A stretch of 64,000 nucleotides of DNA from Octopus vulgaris (taxonomy: Eukaryota): the NCBI GenBank assembly GCA_951406725.2, contig OX597821.1, positions 111,228,001-111,292,000 of the forward strand. The letters are read 5' to 3'. The notes beneath the pieces are model-generated. The model worked only from the letters and a program-made list of their open reading frames with translations. It was not told the DNA's origin and did no database searches. Positions 25,343 to 40,177 of this stretch are shown here, in pieces (position 1 is the first letter of the stretch; the number at the start of each line of letters is the position of its first letter). Made by a program: the position numbers and the translations under genes.

Positions 25343-28012
25343 TTCATGTCACTCTGCAACCACTTTGACAACATCTGATGCGTGGTACAGTGTGCAACTC
25401 GACAGACAATGCTGATTTAATAGAGGGAATGAATTAAGGCACAGCATAAGCATTCAATCACTTAAATTGTCAGTGCAGATTGTTCAGGAAGGAAATGCAG
25501 AACTCTCATCTACTATCTTTGACAAGAGAGTCCATCATATGCATATTAAATGACGATGGTGATGATTCCAGCCAGTTTGTAGAAATTTAAATATGAAATT
25601 ACACACACTCATGAATTTTGAAAGTAAAAACTCATTCATAACATGAACTGAAGGTAATCACTGGCAGGTTGTGGACCTCGTCTTATGGCTCTCTCTGGAT
25701 AAAGCAGAAAATATTCAAACGCAAACCCAAAACCTTGCGTGGGTCAAACCCCAAGTGTAGACAGGGACAGAGTTTTTCTATGGCTAGATGCCCTTCATGG
25801 TGCCAACCCCACATTTCAAAGTGGAGTAATAAATCTTCTGGTTTATTGAACAACAAAAAATAGTCAGACATGGAAAAGTAGAAAGGAACAAAACTGTATA
25901 AATGAACCTTTTTCTTTACAGAGATTGGACAATATGTCAAAAAGTCCGGACATGCTTTTGTGGTAGGCTGCAAGGAAATGACACTGACTGCCATTGTTTT
26001 CAACCAGTGAACACGTGAAGGTGAAGGAAAACACCTATCTCTCTCTCTCTCTCTCTCACTCACACTCACACACACAGGTCTTTCTGTCACAGTAACTTTT
26101 CATCATCTGACACAAGAGCCCCTCCTCCAATACCCCACCTCTTAAAATTCCTTGTCTTGCAAGTTACTTGGTGAGCCTGCTGGTGCTGGTGCCACGTAAA
26201 AAGCATCCAGTCCACACTGTACAGTGGTTGGCTTTGGAAGGGCATCCAGCTGTAAAAACCCTGCCAAAATGGACACAGTAGCCTGGGGTAGTCTCCTACA
26301 TGGCCGGCTCCAGTTAAACCATCCAACCCATGTTAGCATGGAAGGTGGACATTAAACGATGATGATGATGATACGTATACAGGATAAGCTTCTTTCAGTT
26401 TCTGCCAACCAAATCCAATCACAAAGCTGAGGTTATGTGTAGAATAAATATACTTGCTCAAGATGCCATGCAGTGGGACTGAGTCTAAAATCACATTGTA
26501 ACTATATGAATTACTTAACCTGAGCACCAACTGTGGAAGGGATAGGCCCAGGAAGACGTGGGACAAAGTGGTGAGAAAGGATCCTTGGATGCTGGGCCTT
26601 ACTGAGGAAATAAGGGGCTGGGAGATGTGGCAATTTGCTAAGTAAAATTGCTGTCTTCCACACATACAGGTTTGTCCTTTCAGATGCCAGGGCTACTTAA
26701 AAAGCACCCGTGCTGGTGCTGTGTAAACACACCTGTGTTGCTGGCATGTAAAAAGCACCTGGTTGGCATTAGGAAGAACATCCAGCTGTAGAAACCATGC
26801 CACAACTGACAGCTGGAGTTTGGACAGCTCCCTGCCAGCTAGCTCCATGTCAAACCACCCAACCCATGCCAGCATGGAAAGCAGACGTTAAATGATGATA
26901 TATAGCAGGGAGACAGGTTATGATTTTTTTTTATTAACACCAACATCAAAATAAAAATCAAATGGAAAATGTAGTTAAGACACCTGTGCCGGTGACACGT
27001 AAAAAGCACCATCCGAATGTGGCAGATGCCAGCGCCGCCTGACTGGTGTCAACCGATTGTGGCCGTTTGCCAGCCTCCTCTGGCCCTGTGCCTGTAGCAT
27101 GTAAAAAACACCATTTACACTCGCGGAGTGGTTGGCGTTAGGAAGGGCATCCAGCTGTATAAACCCTGCCAAAACCTTCATGGCTTACCAGACCCCCGGT
27201 CGAACCGTCCAACCCATGCTAGCATGGAAAACGGACGTTAAATGATGATGAAAAGAAAATGACACACAATAGGAAAATAGATTGTGCTGGGCATAATGTA
27301 ACCCCAATGATACAGGAAACAAACATGTACAAAACCAACCAATCATATTTGTCAAATATTTTTTCCTTTACTTTTTTAAAATCTTTTTTACCAGTCATTA
27401 GACTAGCCATCTTGAAGTCTTTTAGATGACTGAATTGACCTCAATACTTTTGGAGCCTGGTACTTATTCTATCACACATCTGCGTTAAGTCACAGGGATA
27501 TAAACACACCAACACCAGTCAGCAAGTGATGGTGGGAGACAAACACATATAGACAATGGGCTTCTTTCAGTTTCCTTTCTACCAAATTGACTCACAGGGC
27601 TTTGGTTAGCTCAAAGATATAGTAGTGGACATTTGCCCAAGATTCCACAAAGTGGGATTGAACCTGGAACCATGTGGCTGGGAACAAGTTTCTTCCTACA
27701 GCCATGCCAACACTTGAACGGCTTTGAAGTGATTACTGGACATTATGTTATGGATGTTGACCCAATTCCCAAACAAATCTCACGTCAGAATAGTAGAGTT
27801 TTATCAAACAAAACATTGATTTATTCCAGATGGTCAAACTATCTTAAAATCTGAATAGGATTAATTCTGTGAGGTTCTATACACAGGTGAAAATATCAAG
27901 ACGCACTTGAATATGTAATTGGCATGAACATATTCACACACATGAATGCTAAGGGTGTGTGTATATATGTATACATATATGTACATATACATATATATAT
28001 ATACATATAAAA

Positions 28013-28309
28013 AATTAGAAAAAACCACCTTTTATCAATTCAAAATGAACAATTAAATTACACCATCTAGAAAATTACATATAATAGAAATATTAAAATT
28101 AAAATAATAAAATACCAACGATTAAGTAAATTGCAAAAAAATAATAAAAATGTATATAATTGGTAGAATACGTTTATTATTTTTTTTGCAATTTACTTAA
28201 TCATTGATATTTTATTGTTAATTTAATATTTCTATTATATGTAATTTTCTAGATGGTGTAATTTAATTGTTCATTTTGAATTGATAAACGGTGGGTTTTT
28301 TTTCTAATT
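28013..28309. repeat. AT-rich fold-back with ~140-bp arms in DCN1 intron 4
   Basis: For example, atcaattcaaaatgaacaattaaattacaccatctagaaaattacatataatagaaatattaaa is mirrored exactly in the right arm. Confidence 0.92.
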
Positions 28310-28425
28310 CACTACTTGAATGGACCATAAACAAAACTTGACTTAAACAGGATTCAAATAATCCTATCAGGTGGTGCTATTAAGTTAGACATGGCCTGGA
28401 CCAATCATTGGTCGAAACATATCTA

Positions 28426-28469
<44 letters not shown>

Positions 28470-28544
28470 TGTGTGAAATTTGATTTAGTATTTCTAAATT
28501 GAATCTTCTTCCCTGTAAGTTTGGATTAATGTTCCCTCAAATAA

Positions 28545-28589
<45 letters not shown>

Positions 28590-29325
28590 TCTCCCTATCT
28601 CATATACACAATTGTTGCATATGCATATGAACACAAATAGCATTCAAATGCATGTATGTGTGTGTGCATGTCAGCAATATTTGTTAAAAATCCAACATGT
28701 TTTTACCATCCTCTTTATACAGTGTGACAGATTTTTTTTTTATTACACCACAGGTATCTATTGTTAGCATTTTAATAGGTTATATAATTAAGAAAGTTCG
28801 TGCTGAGGAACCAGGAGCAATCTCAGGGTTAAACAGGTAAATTTTATAAAATTTTAGTCAAAATCAATAACCGAATCGTGTTTCCAACCCTTTTGTTACC
28901 ATATTTCTATTGAAACACATTGTTTCAATTAATTTAGAAAAGAACAAAGAATTTATCAAAATAATAGTCGTTATTAAGCTGGTGTTTGAAACAAATTTAC
29001 ACATAATTTTGGCAGAAGTTCTTAATTTAGATCAACTTAATCTTTTAGCATTCAGATGATCCTTTTCCAAAGGTGATATTTATTCACATTGTTTTGAATT
29101 CATCACGAATTATCTCATAGCCTCGATATTTCAATGCGACTTTATTTTTAGAATGACACTGTAGGGTAGGTGTTTGACAAAACAGGTAGACATGGCAAGA
29201 TATGGCTGGTATAAGTTCTAAAACATTAAAATAAAGAATCTGTCTCAGAATCAATGGCAGACTCGGATGGGTTGGCATCGAAATAGTCAAATTGTTAATG
29301 TTGGGAATGAAGAACAAATACTCAC

Positions 29326-29456
29326 CTAAACCTTTCTGGCCAGGATTTTTGGCATAATTGAATGTAAATTGATAAAATTCTTTGAACTTTGTGTTGTCTC
29401 TAATAATTTGTTCTAGTGATGGACATTTATCACGGAGTTTATCAGCTGTATCACAT
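29326..29456 (-). CDS. DCUN1D1: DCN1-like protein, exon 4
   Basis: tttcag acceptor and G|gtgagt donor; 131 nt. Encodes [43 protein letters not shown]. Confidence 0.96.
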
Positions 29457-30765
29457 CTGAAAATTTATCAAGATACTGCTTAGCGTTATATTGAATTTCT
29501 TTCAACAAGTATATATATATATATATATTAAACAGGTTTATTTTAATTTCAACTCAAAATAGGTATAATATTATTATTATTATTATTATTTGGAAAAAAT
29601 AACAGCAAAATATTCTTTTCTATTCTAGGAAAAAAAGCCTGAAATTTTTGGAGAGTATGTGTGTGTGTGTGCGGAATCAATTAGCTCAATCCCAGTACAC
29701 AACTGGTACTTAATTTATTGACCCCGAAAGGATGAAAGGCAAAGCTGACTTTGGTGGAATTTGAACTCAGAATATCAAGACATACAAAATACAGCTAAGC
29801 ATTTTACCCATTTTACCCAAAATACAGCTAAGCATTTTACCCAGTGTGTCAACGTTTCTGCCACCTTTAATTTTCTATATAACCAAAATATTCTTTTCTC
29901 TTTATTGGCCACAGGGGGCTAAACATAGAGGGGACAAGCAAGGACAAACAAAGGGATTGAGTCAATTACATCAACCCCAGTGCATAACTGGTACTTATTT
30001 AACCGAGTGAATGGATGAAAGGCAAAGTCGACTCCGGTGGAATTTGAACTCAGAACGTAGACAAACGAAATACCAAGCATTTTACCCGGCATGCTAACAA
30101 TTCTGCCAGCTTGCAGTAATATGTCTTAAGGGAGAAGGGGAAAGTCTTATAATGAAAGATAACTTCTTTCTTTGCATATTTCTGTTGAAATACATTGCTT
30201 TTCATCCAAGCCATGCTGGCATGGGTTGGAGGGTTTGACAGTAGCTGGCAAGCCAGAGAGCTGCAGCCGATTCCATTGTCTTCTTTGGCATGGTTTCTAC
30301 AGCCTGATGTCTTTCCTAATGCTAACCACTTTACAGAGTGCACTGGATGCTTTTTACATGGCACCGTGACAAGGTTTAAAAAAAAATTTTTTTTTTTTTT
30401 TACATGGCACCAGTATCTGGGGTCACCAAGTACCTTGCAAGTGAAAGGCCTCTTAGCTGAGAGAGGGAGTGGAATCAAGAGAAGTAGCTGTGTGACAGAG
30501 AAGTTGTCTTACTATAGAAGAGACATTTAGCTACCCCAGAAGAACTGGTTTTGAAAATGAAGAATTTAGTAAAATAATTGTAGTTAAACTAATGTCCGGA
30601 ACATTACCATGAACTTTGATGGAAGGTTTGAAATTAAGATCACTTTAAAACAAAGTTTGTTTCATAGAAGCAGTAAGGGGGTGTGCATGGTGCGTCTTTA
30701 GAGAGGTTGGTATCAAAAGAATTAATTTGCAATTTGGACCAGGTGGAAACAGCATTAATCACATG

Positions 30766-31144
30766 GGATCTTTTCTGTTTGAATGGCAGTTTTTAACATA
30801 ATTTCTAGGTAACTAAAAAATTTTTAACTTCGTATACTGGTAGAATGTGTTTATAAAACATCTTTTTCTCTTGGCCTTTATTGAAAAAATTCTATAGTTT
30901 GTAAGATATTTGTTGTTTTTATTCTCCAATTTCTGCAATTTCAACCAATCAATGACGTCTATTGAAGTGAAAACATTCTCTGCCATATGAAAATGTCCCT
31001 TGTTTAAGAAAGAGATTGGGCTTATTTACATTTCTGAAGAAAAAAAGATACCCCCCCAACCCTAAAACAGATTAAAATGCAATAGATCGATACTAGGGTC
31101 ATAATTATGGGTGACAATTTCATGACACCGCTAGAAAAAACTGC
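30766..31144. mobile_element. Merlin-like MITE copy with a truncated right TIR
   Basis: Starts GGATCTTTTCTGTTTGAATGGCAGTTTT; same body as 8190-8585; cacatg on both flanks. Confidence 0.8.
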
Positions 31145-31282
31145 CACATGTTCCTACATAATTCCAGATACACAGAAGACACGGTTCATTGACTACATGT
31201 TCACGCATAATTCAAAACATACAGAAGCAAATACGATTAAGTAATATTTGTGAAAATAAATGAATAAAACCAGAAAACTCAC

Positions 31283-31451
31283 CCTAAATCTGTCATACCT
31301 TGGAAGAACTCATCTCTTGTAAACTCACATTGCGTTTCTGCTTTAAATTTCCAGGCAATTATCAAGACCGTTCTTGATTCTGGATTTAAGCCAAGATCTT
31401 CAAGAAAGCGATAGACGCCATCAGCCATCATCTTATCCGACTCATAAGGAT
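31283..31451 (-). CDS. DCUN1D1: DCN1-like protein, exon 3 (start of PONY domain)
   Basis: ttgcag acceptor and GG|gtgagt donor; 169 nt. Encodes [57 protein letters not shown]. Confidence 0.96.
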
Positions 31452-34400
31452 CTGCAAATTTTTAGCTGTGTTTTTTTTTTTTAAAAAGATTAAAAAAAAA
31501 AACTGAATACAAAACATCAAGTTTCTTTTTGTTGTGTTGAATATCTTTTGAGTGGGTATTGGAAACTAAAAGAAGCCCAACGTGTATGTGTGAGAGAGAA
31601 TTAGTGTGTTGTCTTGACATTTTCTGATAGTTATAAACAAGCGTCGCCATCATGCAGTGATATTTTACGTTTCAAATTTCCCATGGGAACATGCTTGGCC
31701 AAGGGTAAATTTAACCTTGCTTTGAAAGAAGTGAGGGTTAGTGACAAGAAGGGCATGAGGCCACAGGAAAGTGGACATTGGTCCTTTGGCACCAACACGT
31801 CTGATACCAACTCTGGAAGTTTGTATCACAGAACCAACTCTGGTTCTGATACAAACTCGCCGTTTTAAAATGATTGAAACCAAATCATTCCATCAAAATT
31901 TCAAGTCAATTTTTATTACTAACACCAGTTGAATAATGAGAGTTATTTTACCAAATTCTACAATATTCTCAAAATTTTTTGAAACAAAAGCCGTGTATTT
32001 TGAGAGAAATACGGTAACAAGAGGGTTAAAATATGAATGACTGAGACAAATTTTACTCCTTGATACACAATGACAGTAGCGACATAAAAATCTGACCATG
32101 CTGATACCACTGATTAAACTGACTCAAATAACATGAATATTAAAATTAAAAAGTTCCTGGAACTCTTAGTCACTGTTTTTAACAAGAAAGTTTTTAAGGA
32201 TTTCTGTTCTACTGAAAATTTAGCTTCAGCCTGGAACCACCAAGAGATTTATATTTCAAGAATTTTAAGATTTTCACAGTTCCAAATTACAAAATTTTGA
32301 CGATCAGTAGATTGTCCCAAAGAAAAGTGATCAGGAATTTTTCTTCCCTCTCGCCCACATAAAACTGGAAGCTTCTGCATAAAGTGAAATTTTTAAATTA
32401 TATCAGTTAAAAAAGAAATTGAGTGAAACAGAAAAGAGATTTAATTGCTATGAGAGGAAGGCAGTGAAGGAAGTAACAGAAAGACCAGTGCTAAGTTGGA
32501 AGAATGGTGGGGACACAAGAGAGGAGAAAGGATAGAGTAATGTCAGGGATCAGTGGGAAAGGGGAGAGTGGTAATGGAAATGGGGGTGAGTGGAGTAGAT
32601 ATACCCATAGCCGGTGAGGGTTGGTCCACTTCCGTGATGGGTTGGACAGGTTAAGATTTAAGTGAGGATCTTATTAGAGTTACATAGGTTTGCTGTTGAG
32701 AGAGGGAGAGAAACAGAGACAAATACAGAAGGGTGTAGCAGGAGGAAAAAGGGAAAAAAAAGGGGTGTCAAGAAAAAGCAGAGTGATAAAGATGGTGGGA
32801 TGGGTTGAGTGGAGGAGATGCAGTGCCACTGTTGAATATGGGTGGGCAGAATGATGCATGAAGGAGAGGAGGTGATGAGGGGGAGGAGCAGAATGTATTA
32901 ACATCATCATTGTTGTTGTTGTTTCATCGTCCACTTTTCTATGTTGTCATGGGTCAGATGGAATTTGTTGAGGTAGATTTTCTGCAGCTGGATGCCCTTC
33001 CTGTCACCAACACTCAATTCCCAAACAATGGCAATCTTTCCCTATGGCTAGACATGTTTCCATAGAAGATTGAGATGAATGACACTGCTTGTATAACAGT
33101 AGCACTCATTTACAACTATCACATGATATCAAGACAAGGAAACAAATACACATTCTCATATATATATTAGTTTGTCCATCATTGTCAATGATGGCCAAGG
33201 ACATCACATGAGAGAAGACATTCACACACATACATGCACAAATATTTAGAATACTTTAAAACAGAAAGTTTGTTTCATAAAACCAAGGAGTGTCTTGGGT
33301 GGATTGGTAACAAAAGGGTGGCACTGGTGTTTGGAATATGAATCAACATGAAATTTTGATGGGAGGTTTTAATTCAGATAGCTTTCAAATAAATAAAAGT
33401 TTGTATCACAGATCCAGAGGTTGATCTTGGACATTCAGTTATCAAAAGGGTTGGAAGAGGAGCTGGAGGTTTAAACCTTATTTCAATTCAGTAAATAATT
33501 TATCAAAAATTAGGGCAACACTTTCAGATTGTGCCCGGGTTTAGGATTCCAAGCCACCGCCCACCGAAAAAAAAAAAAGAAAAGTTCTTGGAAACTTGAA
33601 ATAGGATACTAAGACTTCTGTTTACAGTGCTGCCATCTACGATAAGGAGCATATTAGTACAGAGGACTTCTGATGTAGGTCTTTCCACAAACAGCAGTAA
33701 AAGACAGATGATTTAAGCATTGATACTTCCAGACTTTAAGTTTAGCAGCAACTTTGGTTTTAACTCAAGAATTAAACTTTAGTGTTTTTTTTTAAACTTT
33801 TTTTTTTTTGTATATATATTTTATTTCAGTGGGTTATTTTCCTTTTCAGTTTCAAAGTTGATACAAAAAGAATTTGAAGAATAATTATTTTGACTAGAGG
33901 AGAAATAAGTTGTAAACAAGTATCAGAAATGTTACCAAGTCTTTTGTTACCATATTCCTGCTAAAATATGCAGCCTCTGTTTCACTTAGTTTTGAAAATG
34001 AAGAATTTAAGTAAAACAACAGTCATTAATAACTCTTTTGATACCAACCTTCCCAAGCCTGCTATTGGTTCTATGATACAAACTTCCTGTTTTAAAGCGT
34101 TCTAGAGGAAAAACACTTCAAAAATTGATTCCATGTTCCAAACACCAAGTTCATAATGATAAAGTTATTTTCTAAATTCTTCATTATTTTTGAAAATTGG
34201 TTGAAACGAAGGCTGTGTATTGCAAGAAAAATGTGTAAATGAAAGGACCAAAGAAAATTAACGAAATTTTTGATGGAAGGCTTTTAGATTGCTTTAAAAC
34301 AGGAAGTTTTTATTAAATAAGTGGGGGTGGTCTCAGGCGGATTGGTATAAAAAAGGTTAAGCTGGTGTTTTGAACATAAACTGACATAAAATTTTTATGG

Positions 34401-37377
34401 AAAGCTTAAATTTAGATCACTTTCAAACAGGAAGCTGGCATCAAATAACTAGGAGTGGTCCTGGATGGGTTGCTATCAAAAGGGTTAATTACATAAAGCA
34501 AAGATTCTCGTTACAAACCTATGTTACTTCCTCCTCCAATAAAAGGAAGTAAAGCTTACCATCCCAAGTCCACTGAATGAATTCTTGACAATTCTTTTAA
34601 TTGTAATTGGAGTTAATTAAAATCAAGAGGGCTGCACTGAAGGACAGGCAGTGCAGCTTGATTAAAACAATTACTGCACAGTAACATTAAAAGCAAAGGT
34701 TTCTTTTCATAAATATTCCTAAAGCAGCAAAGAAGAATCCATTGCCATTTTCAGCACTCCTATAGACAGGGAGGCGAGAATAACTGAGGGGCATTAGAGC
34801 ATTTAATGTTTGGTTTGGTTTTTAAGTAGCTGGAGATACTTGTAGGGTAAAGTTATTTTCCCAAATCATTCATTATTTTAAAAATAAATTTAAACAAATG
34901 CAGAGTATTTTAACAGAAATGTGTGAATGAAAGGATTACAGGCTGGTGTTTGTAATAAAAATAAACATGAAATTTTGATGGAAGGTTTTTTTTAAATGAT
35001 TTTAAAACAGATTATTTCAGAACAACATGAATGTTTAAGCATTAAGTTTGACAGATTAATCTGAATGTGAAACAGTTAAAATGGTTAAAACAGGAAGTTT
35101 GTATAAGAGAACTTGGAGCAGTCTCAGACTGGTTGGTATGGAGAAGTAGTCGGAGATATTGGTCGGATGAGAGTAACAGAGGTAACAAAAGTACAGGGGA
35201 AAGATTAGGGACTACTCAGTTGAGATACAATGAGAGAGAAGATAAGGGAATCAACAGCATCTTTGCCGTACTTGCATGCGTCAGATGAAAGTTGGTGAGG
35301 GAGATTTTTCTATGGATGGATAGATACCCTTTCTGTTGCCAATCCTCACCAGCTTCCAAGCCAGGGAATATTTTCTCAAGGATAGATTAGGTTTTTCACA
35401 GGAAATAGGAAATGGATAAATAAATGAAACCATTAAGCAATGTCAAGACACCATCATTTAATGCCCATTTTCCATGCTGGCATGGGTTGGATGCATTGAC
35501 AGGAGCTGCACCAGGCTCCAGTCATCTGTTTTGGCTTGGTTTCCATAGCTGGATGCCTTTACTAACTCTAACCACTTTACAGAGCTTTATATATAGCACC
35601 AGTATATAAATATATATAAGATTCTTTCGGGTTTTGACTACCAAATGCACAGCACTTTTGATGGATTGGAAGAACTATAATAGAAGACACTTGATCAAGG
35701 TACCATGCAATGGAACTGAACCCAGAACCAAAGCCTTCTGAGTGGATTTGGTAGACGGAAACTGAAAGAAGCCCATCGTATATATGTATGTGTGTGTTTG
35801 TCCCCTCCAACATTGCTTGACAACTGAGGGTGGTGTTTATGTCCCCATAACATAGCAGTTCGGCAAAACAGACCGACAGAATAAGTACTAGGCTTCCAAA
35901 GAATAAGTGCTGGGGTCGATTTGCTCGACTAAAGACGGTGCTCCAGCATGGCTACAGTCAAATGATTGAAACATGTGTAAAAGAGTACTCATTAACATAT
36001 TTGCAATAAACGTATTTTAATTAAGTTTATCAATATAATCACAATCTATTCCATTGCAAACTTAATCTTTGTATAAAAAAAAAAAAAATTGGATTTTTTT
36101 GTTCAGAAAGTTATATGTAAATTAAACGAGGCGGTAGAGCACCAAGCATGCGCACTCATCCTGCATCCCACATTTTAAGTCCCTCTCTCTAAATAACGCT
36201 CAAAAGTGTTAATGAATTTAACAGCTTTGCATGTTATTAAATGCTTACTTCTACGATGTAGTTGTTTGCAATATACGTGTGAGTGTGTGATTTCAGAATA
36301 TTTCACCTAATTAGTTAATGTGTCAAATCAATTAAGAAAATGTCATCGAGAAATTAACTTTTACACTTGTAATTAATCTTCATAAGAATGAGCAAAACCT
36401 GTTCTGTCCCTAGAATTGTAAATTTTCATTACAAAAGCATGGACGAAGAGCTATAAGAACAAAAAGACGAGCTGTAAAGCACTGCTTATTTATCAAAAAA
36501 CTATTTGTATAATTACTATAAGATATCTGAAGAGAATTGGAGCCACTGGAAAGAGATCTCTTGTAGGAAACTTCTACAAGGTCAAATGAAACAATGGATT
36601 TAGTTCAGATCTTTCAAGTTTTCAAAGTTCCAAATCATCATCATCATCATCATCATTTAACGTCTGTTTTCCATGCTAGCATGGGTTGGACGGTTCGACA
36701 AGAGGTCTGGTAAGCCATGGAGGTTGCACTAGGCTTTAGTCTGAGTTGGCAGTGTTTCTACAGCTTGATGCCCTTCCTAACGCCAACCACTCCGTGAGTG
36801 TAGTGGGTGTTTTTTACGTGCCACCGGCACAGGAGCCAGAGCAGGCTGGCAAACGGCCACGATCAGTTGGTGCTTTTACGTGTTACCGACACAGACGCCA
36901 GTCAGGTGACGCTAGTATCTGCCACATTCGGACAGTGCTTTTTACATGTCACCGGCATGGGTGTCTTAACTACAATTTCCATTTGAATTATGTTCATAAC
37001 AGGTTAGGTGTGGCTGTGTGGTAAGAAGCTTGCTTCCCAACCATATGGTTGTGGGTTCAGTCCCACTGTGTGGCACCTCGTGCAAGTGTTTTCTACTACA
37101 GCCTCTGGTCGACCAAAATCTTGGGAGTGGATTTGGTAGATGGAAACTGAATGAAGCCCGTTGTGTACATACATCTCTACATGTATGTCTCCCCACCACA
37201 CTTGACAACCGGTGTTGGTGTGTTTACATTTCTCATAACTTAGCAGTTCAACAAAAGAGACTGATGGAATAAGTACCTGGTTAAAAAAAAAAGTACTAGG
37301 GAAGATTTCACTAAAATTCAAAATAGTGCTCCAGTCTAATAACTGAAACAGGTAAAAGATTGAACAAAAATTTTTGG

Positions 37378-37700
37378 GTAAGGAACCCACTTCGGTTATG
37401 AATAACCATGGGATTGCATCTAGACAGTTCCCTTCTGATGCACAAATCTGGGCAAGGTTGTTTTATGGAAAACCAGCAGTTGCCATGCATAACAGCCTCT
37501 CCTCTCCATGCCACCAATGTTACCCATGGGAAAGGCAAAGGGGCCGATACAGCTCGGCACCAGTAACATTGCAACTCATTTCTATGGTTGTATGAACTGG
37601 ATCAACATAAAATAAAGTGTCCTGCTCAAGAACAGTCTGGTCTGGGAATCGAACTCACTACCTCATGATTGTGCGCCTGACACTAACCACTGAGCTATGC
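37378..37700 (-). mobile_element. tRNA-derived SINE of a third family
   Basis: Minus-strand head gcatagctcagtggttag...gagttcgattcc followed by cttgagcaggacactt. Confidence 0.65.
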
Positions 37701-40177
37701 AAGCTTCTATTCCATCTCCATCCTCACCATTATCGTTATAACTCAATTTTTTCTTTCCCTTCCATATCCACCTAGTATTTTGACCCTACATCTCTTTCTA
37801 CCTCCCTTTCTAATTGAGGAAAGCCACGTATATTCCCTTCAGCAGGGGGCCCACCTATTCCTGTCCGCTTTATCACACTTTCATATCCCTCAATCCTACA
37901 CCCTACTTAGGTGATGGTTCTCATCTTATGAGTACTTGGTGACCCCACAAGTGCTGGTGCCACAAAAAAAAAAAAAACAGAAAAAAGTACACTCTGTAAA
38001 GTGGTTTGACTATAGAAACTACACCGAAATAGACACAAACTGAATGTTCTCTGGTTAATCAGCAGCTGTTGAACCATCTAACCCATGACAACAAAGAAAA
38101 AGGGATGTTAAATGATTGCATGGGTCAGATGGAATTCATCGAGGCAGATTTTCTACAGCCTCTCCTGTCCTCAACTAGGTAACATTTCATCATGGATGGG
38201 CATATTTTCATGGAAGATGAGAAAGGAGTCACATGTATGAGCAATACTTCATTATATGATCTCACACACATGGATTCTTTCAGGTTATCACATCTACTCG
38301 ATGCTTTGGTAGGCCCTGGTGGGGAGGGTTATAGCAGCAGTAGAAAATACTTGCTCAAGGTGCTGTGCAGTGGAACTGAACCTGAAACCACGAAGTTGGG
38401 AAGTAGACTTGCCACACAGCCACACTTATGCCTAACCTATTTCAGCAAATGTATTCGGCTTTTTGTTTCAAGGATCTGAGCTGCAAACAACCGTACAAGT
38501 AAACCATCAGCTTATTAACAGATAATGTTGGAAGATAGGACAGTATCAACTTCAGATTGTCATGTAGACACACACACACACATCCATATATTCTATACCT
38601 ATCTACAAATCTACATCTTTATACACACACCCACAACTGTATCTATCACACACACACAAATAGAGATGGATGTAATATATACACAGAATGAATAAAACAA
38701 AAAAAAAAAAGAAATCAGCGAGCAGCAAGAAAATGGCACAGATCCAGTTTGTAGTACTCTTTTATCACAGACAAGGTGAAAAGAAAACAAAGATTCTAGA
38801 AGCTACGGTGAACTGACACAGGAAAAGCAAGACTTCAACAGCGAGAGGCCTCCCTTCTCTAATTGCATGTATGAGAGAAAGAGAGGGAGAGAGAGAGAGA
38901 GTCATAAGTAGGTTGTGAATTGGGACATGTTTTCCCAGTCGGTGTATAGAGACTAGACAGAATTCAAAATGAATGTATATTTATAAAATGCCTTTAATGT
39001 TAAAAATTGAAAAAAAACTAAAACAAACCAATTGTATTTATGATCCATAGCAATTAATGTCAGAAAAATGAGTTGCCCCGTTTTCTAAACAGTAAAAAAG
39101 TAACCAAAAAAAAAGAGAAAAAACAAACAAACAAAAGAGACGAAACTATATTAGTTCAGTTGATGTTTTTGTTTATGGTTAACAGACCAAGTCTATTTAA
39201 TAATAGCTGATATATATAAATGTTGGTTGGTTTGTTGGTTGGTTTAGTGTTGCCAGTAACACTTTACATCAGAGAGAGAGAGAGAGAGAGAGGGAGGAGG
39301 AGGAGGAGAGATAATATAAAAGATTTAACAAAGAGGTGCAGGTAGGTGTGGCTATGCGGAAAGAAGCTTCTTTCCCAACCACACGGTTCTGGGTTCAGTC
39401 CCAAGTGTCTTCCACTATAGACTCGAGCTGAACAAAACCTTGTTAAGTTTGGTAGGACAGAAACTGAACTGAAAGAAGCTGCAGTGTATATACATACGCG
39501 TGTCTGTACCCTACCGCCACTTTACAACCGGTGTTGGTGTGTTTACATCCCTGTAACTTAGAATAAGTAGCAAAAAAACCCACCAAAAAGAAAGTACGGG
39601 GGTTGATTCATTCGAATAAGAATTTTTCAAGGCTCAGCTGTAGTCTAATGGCAGAAACAAGATAGTAAAAAAAAAAAAAAAATAGATGCTCTACCGCCTA
39701 TTTTGATTCTTTTAAAACTTTTTGGAAAATGCACACCACCACCATTTAATGCCTCTTTCCATGCTGCAATGGGTCAGGAGGTTTGACAGGACCTGGCAAG
39801 CATCAAACTCTAATGTCAACTTTGGCACAGTTTCTATGGCTGGAAGTCTTTCCTAATGCCGATCACTTTACGGTGTGTATTGAGTGCTTTTAGTTGTGCT
39901 ATTGGCACTGTTGAAGTTTTGCAGAGATTCTTGATGGAGTAGATTGCAATTATGTTGATAAAATTTAGTAAAATAACATTTACTGAAAATATACAAATGA
40001 AAAATATATTTAAATTTTAAGATAATTAAATATATATTTTTTGTAAGAAATTTAATCAAAATTTAAATTCTAATTATTGTATGTACACGATATTTCCTGA
40101 TATTACCCATAGTGGTCAAAATATACTTCCAAAGTTACCCATCATGACTATTATATAGATATATGTATATTATATAT

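Noticed and set aside
36120-36170. NRF1-like GCATGCGCA in a unique intronic island
   Set aside because: A single motif with no supporting splice donor or CpG cluster; too weak to call a promoter.
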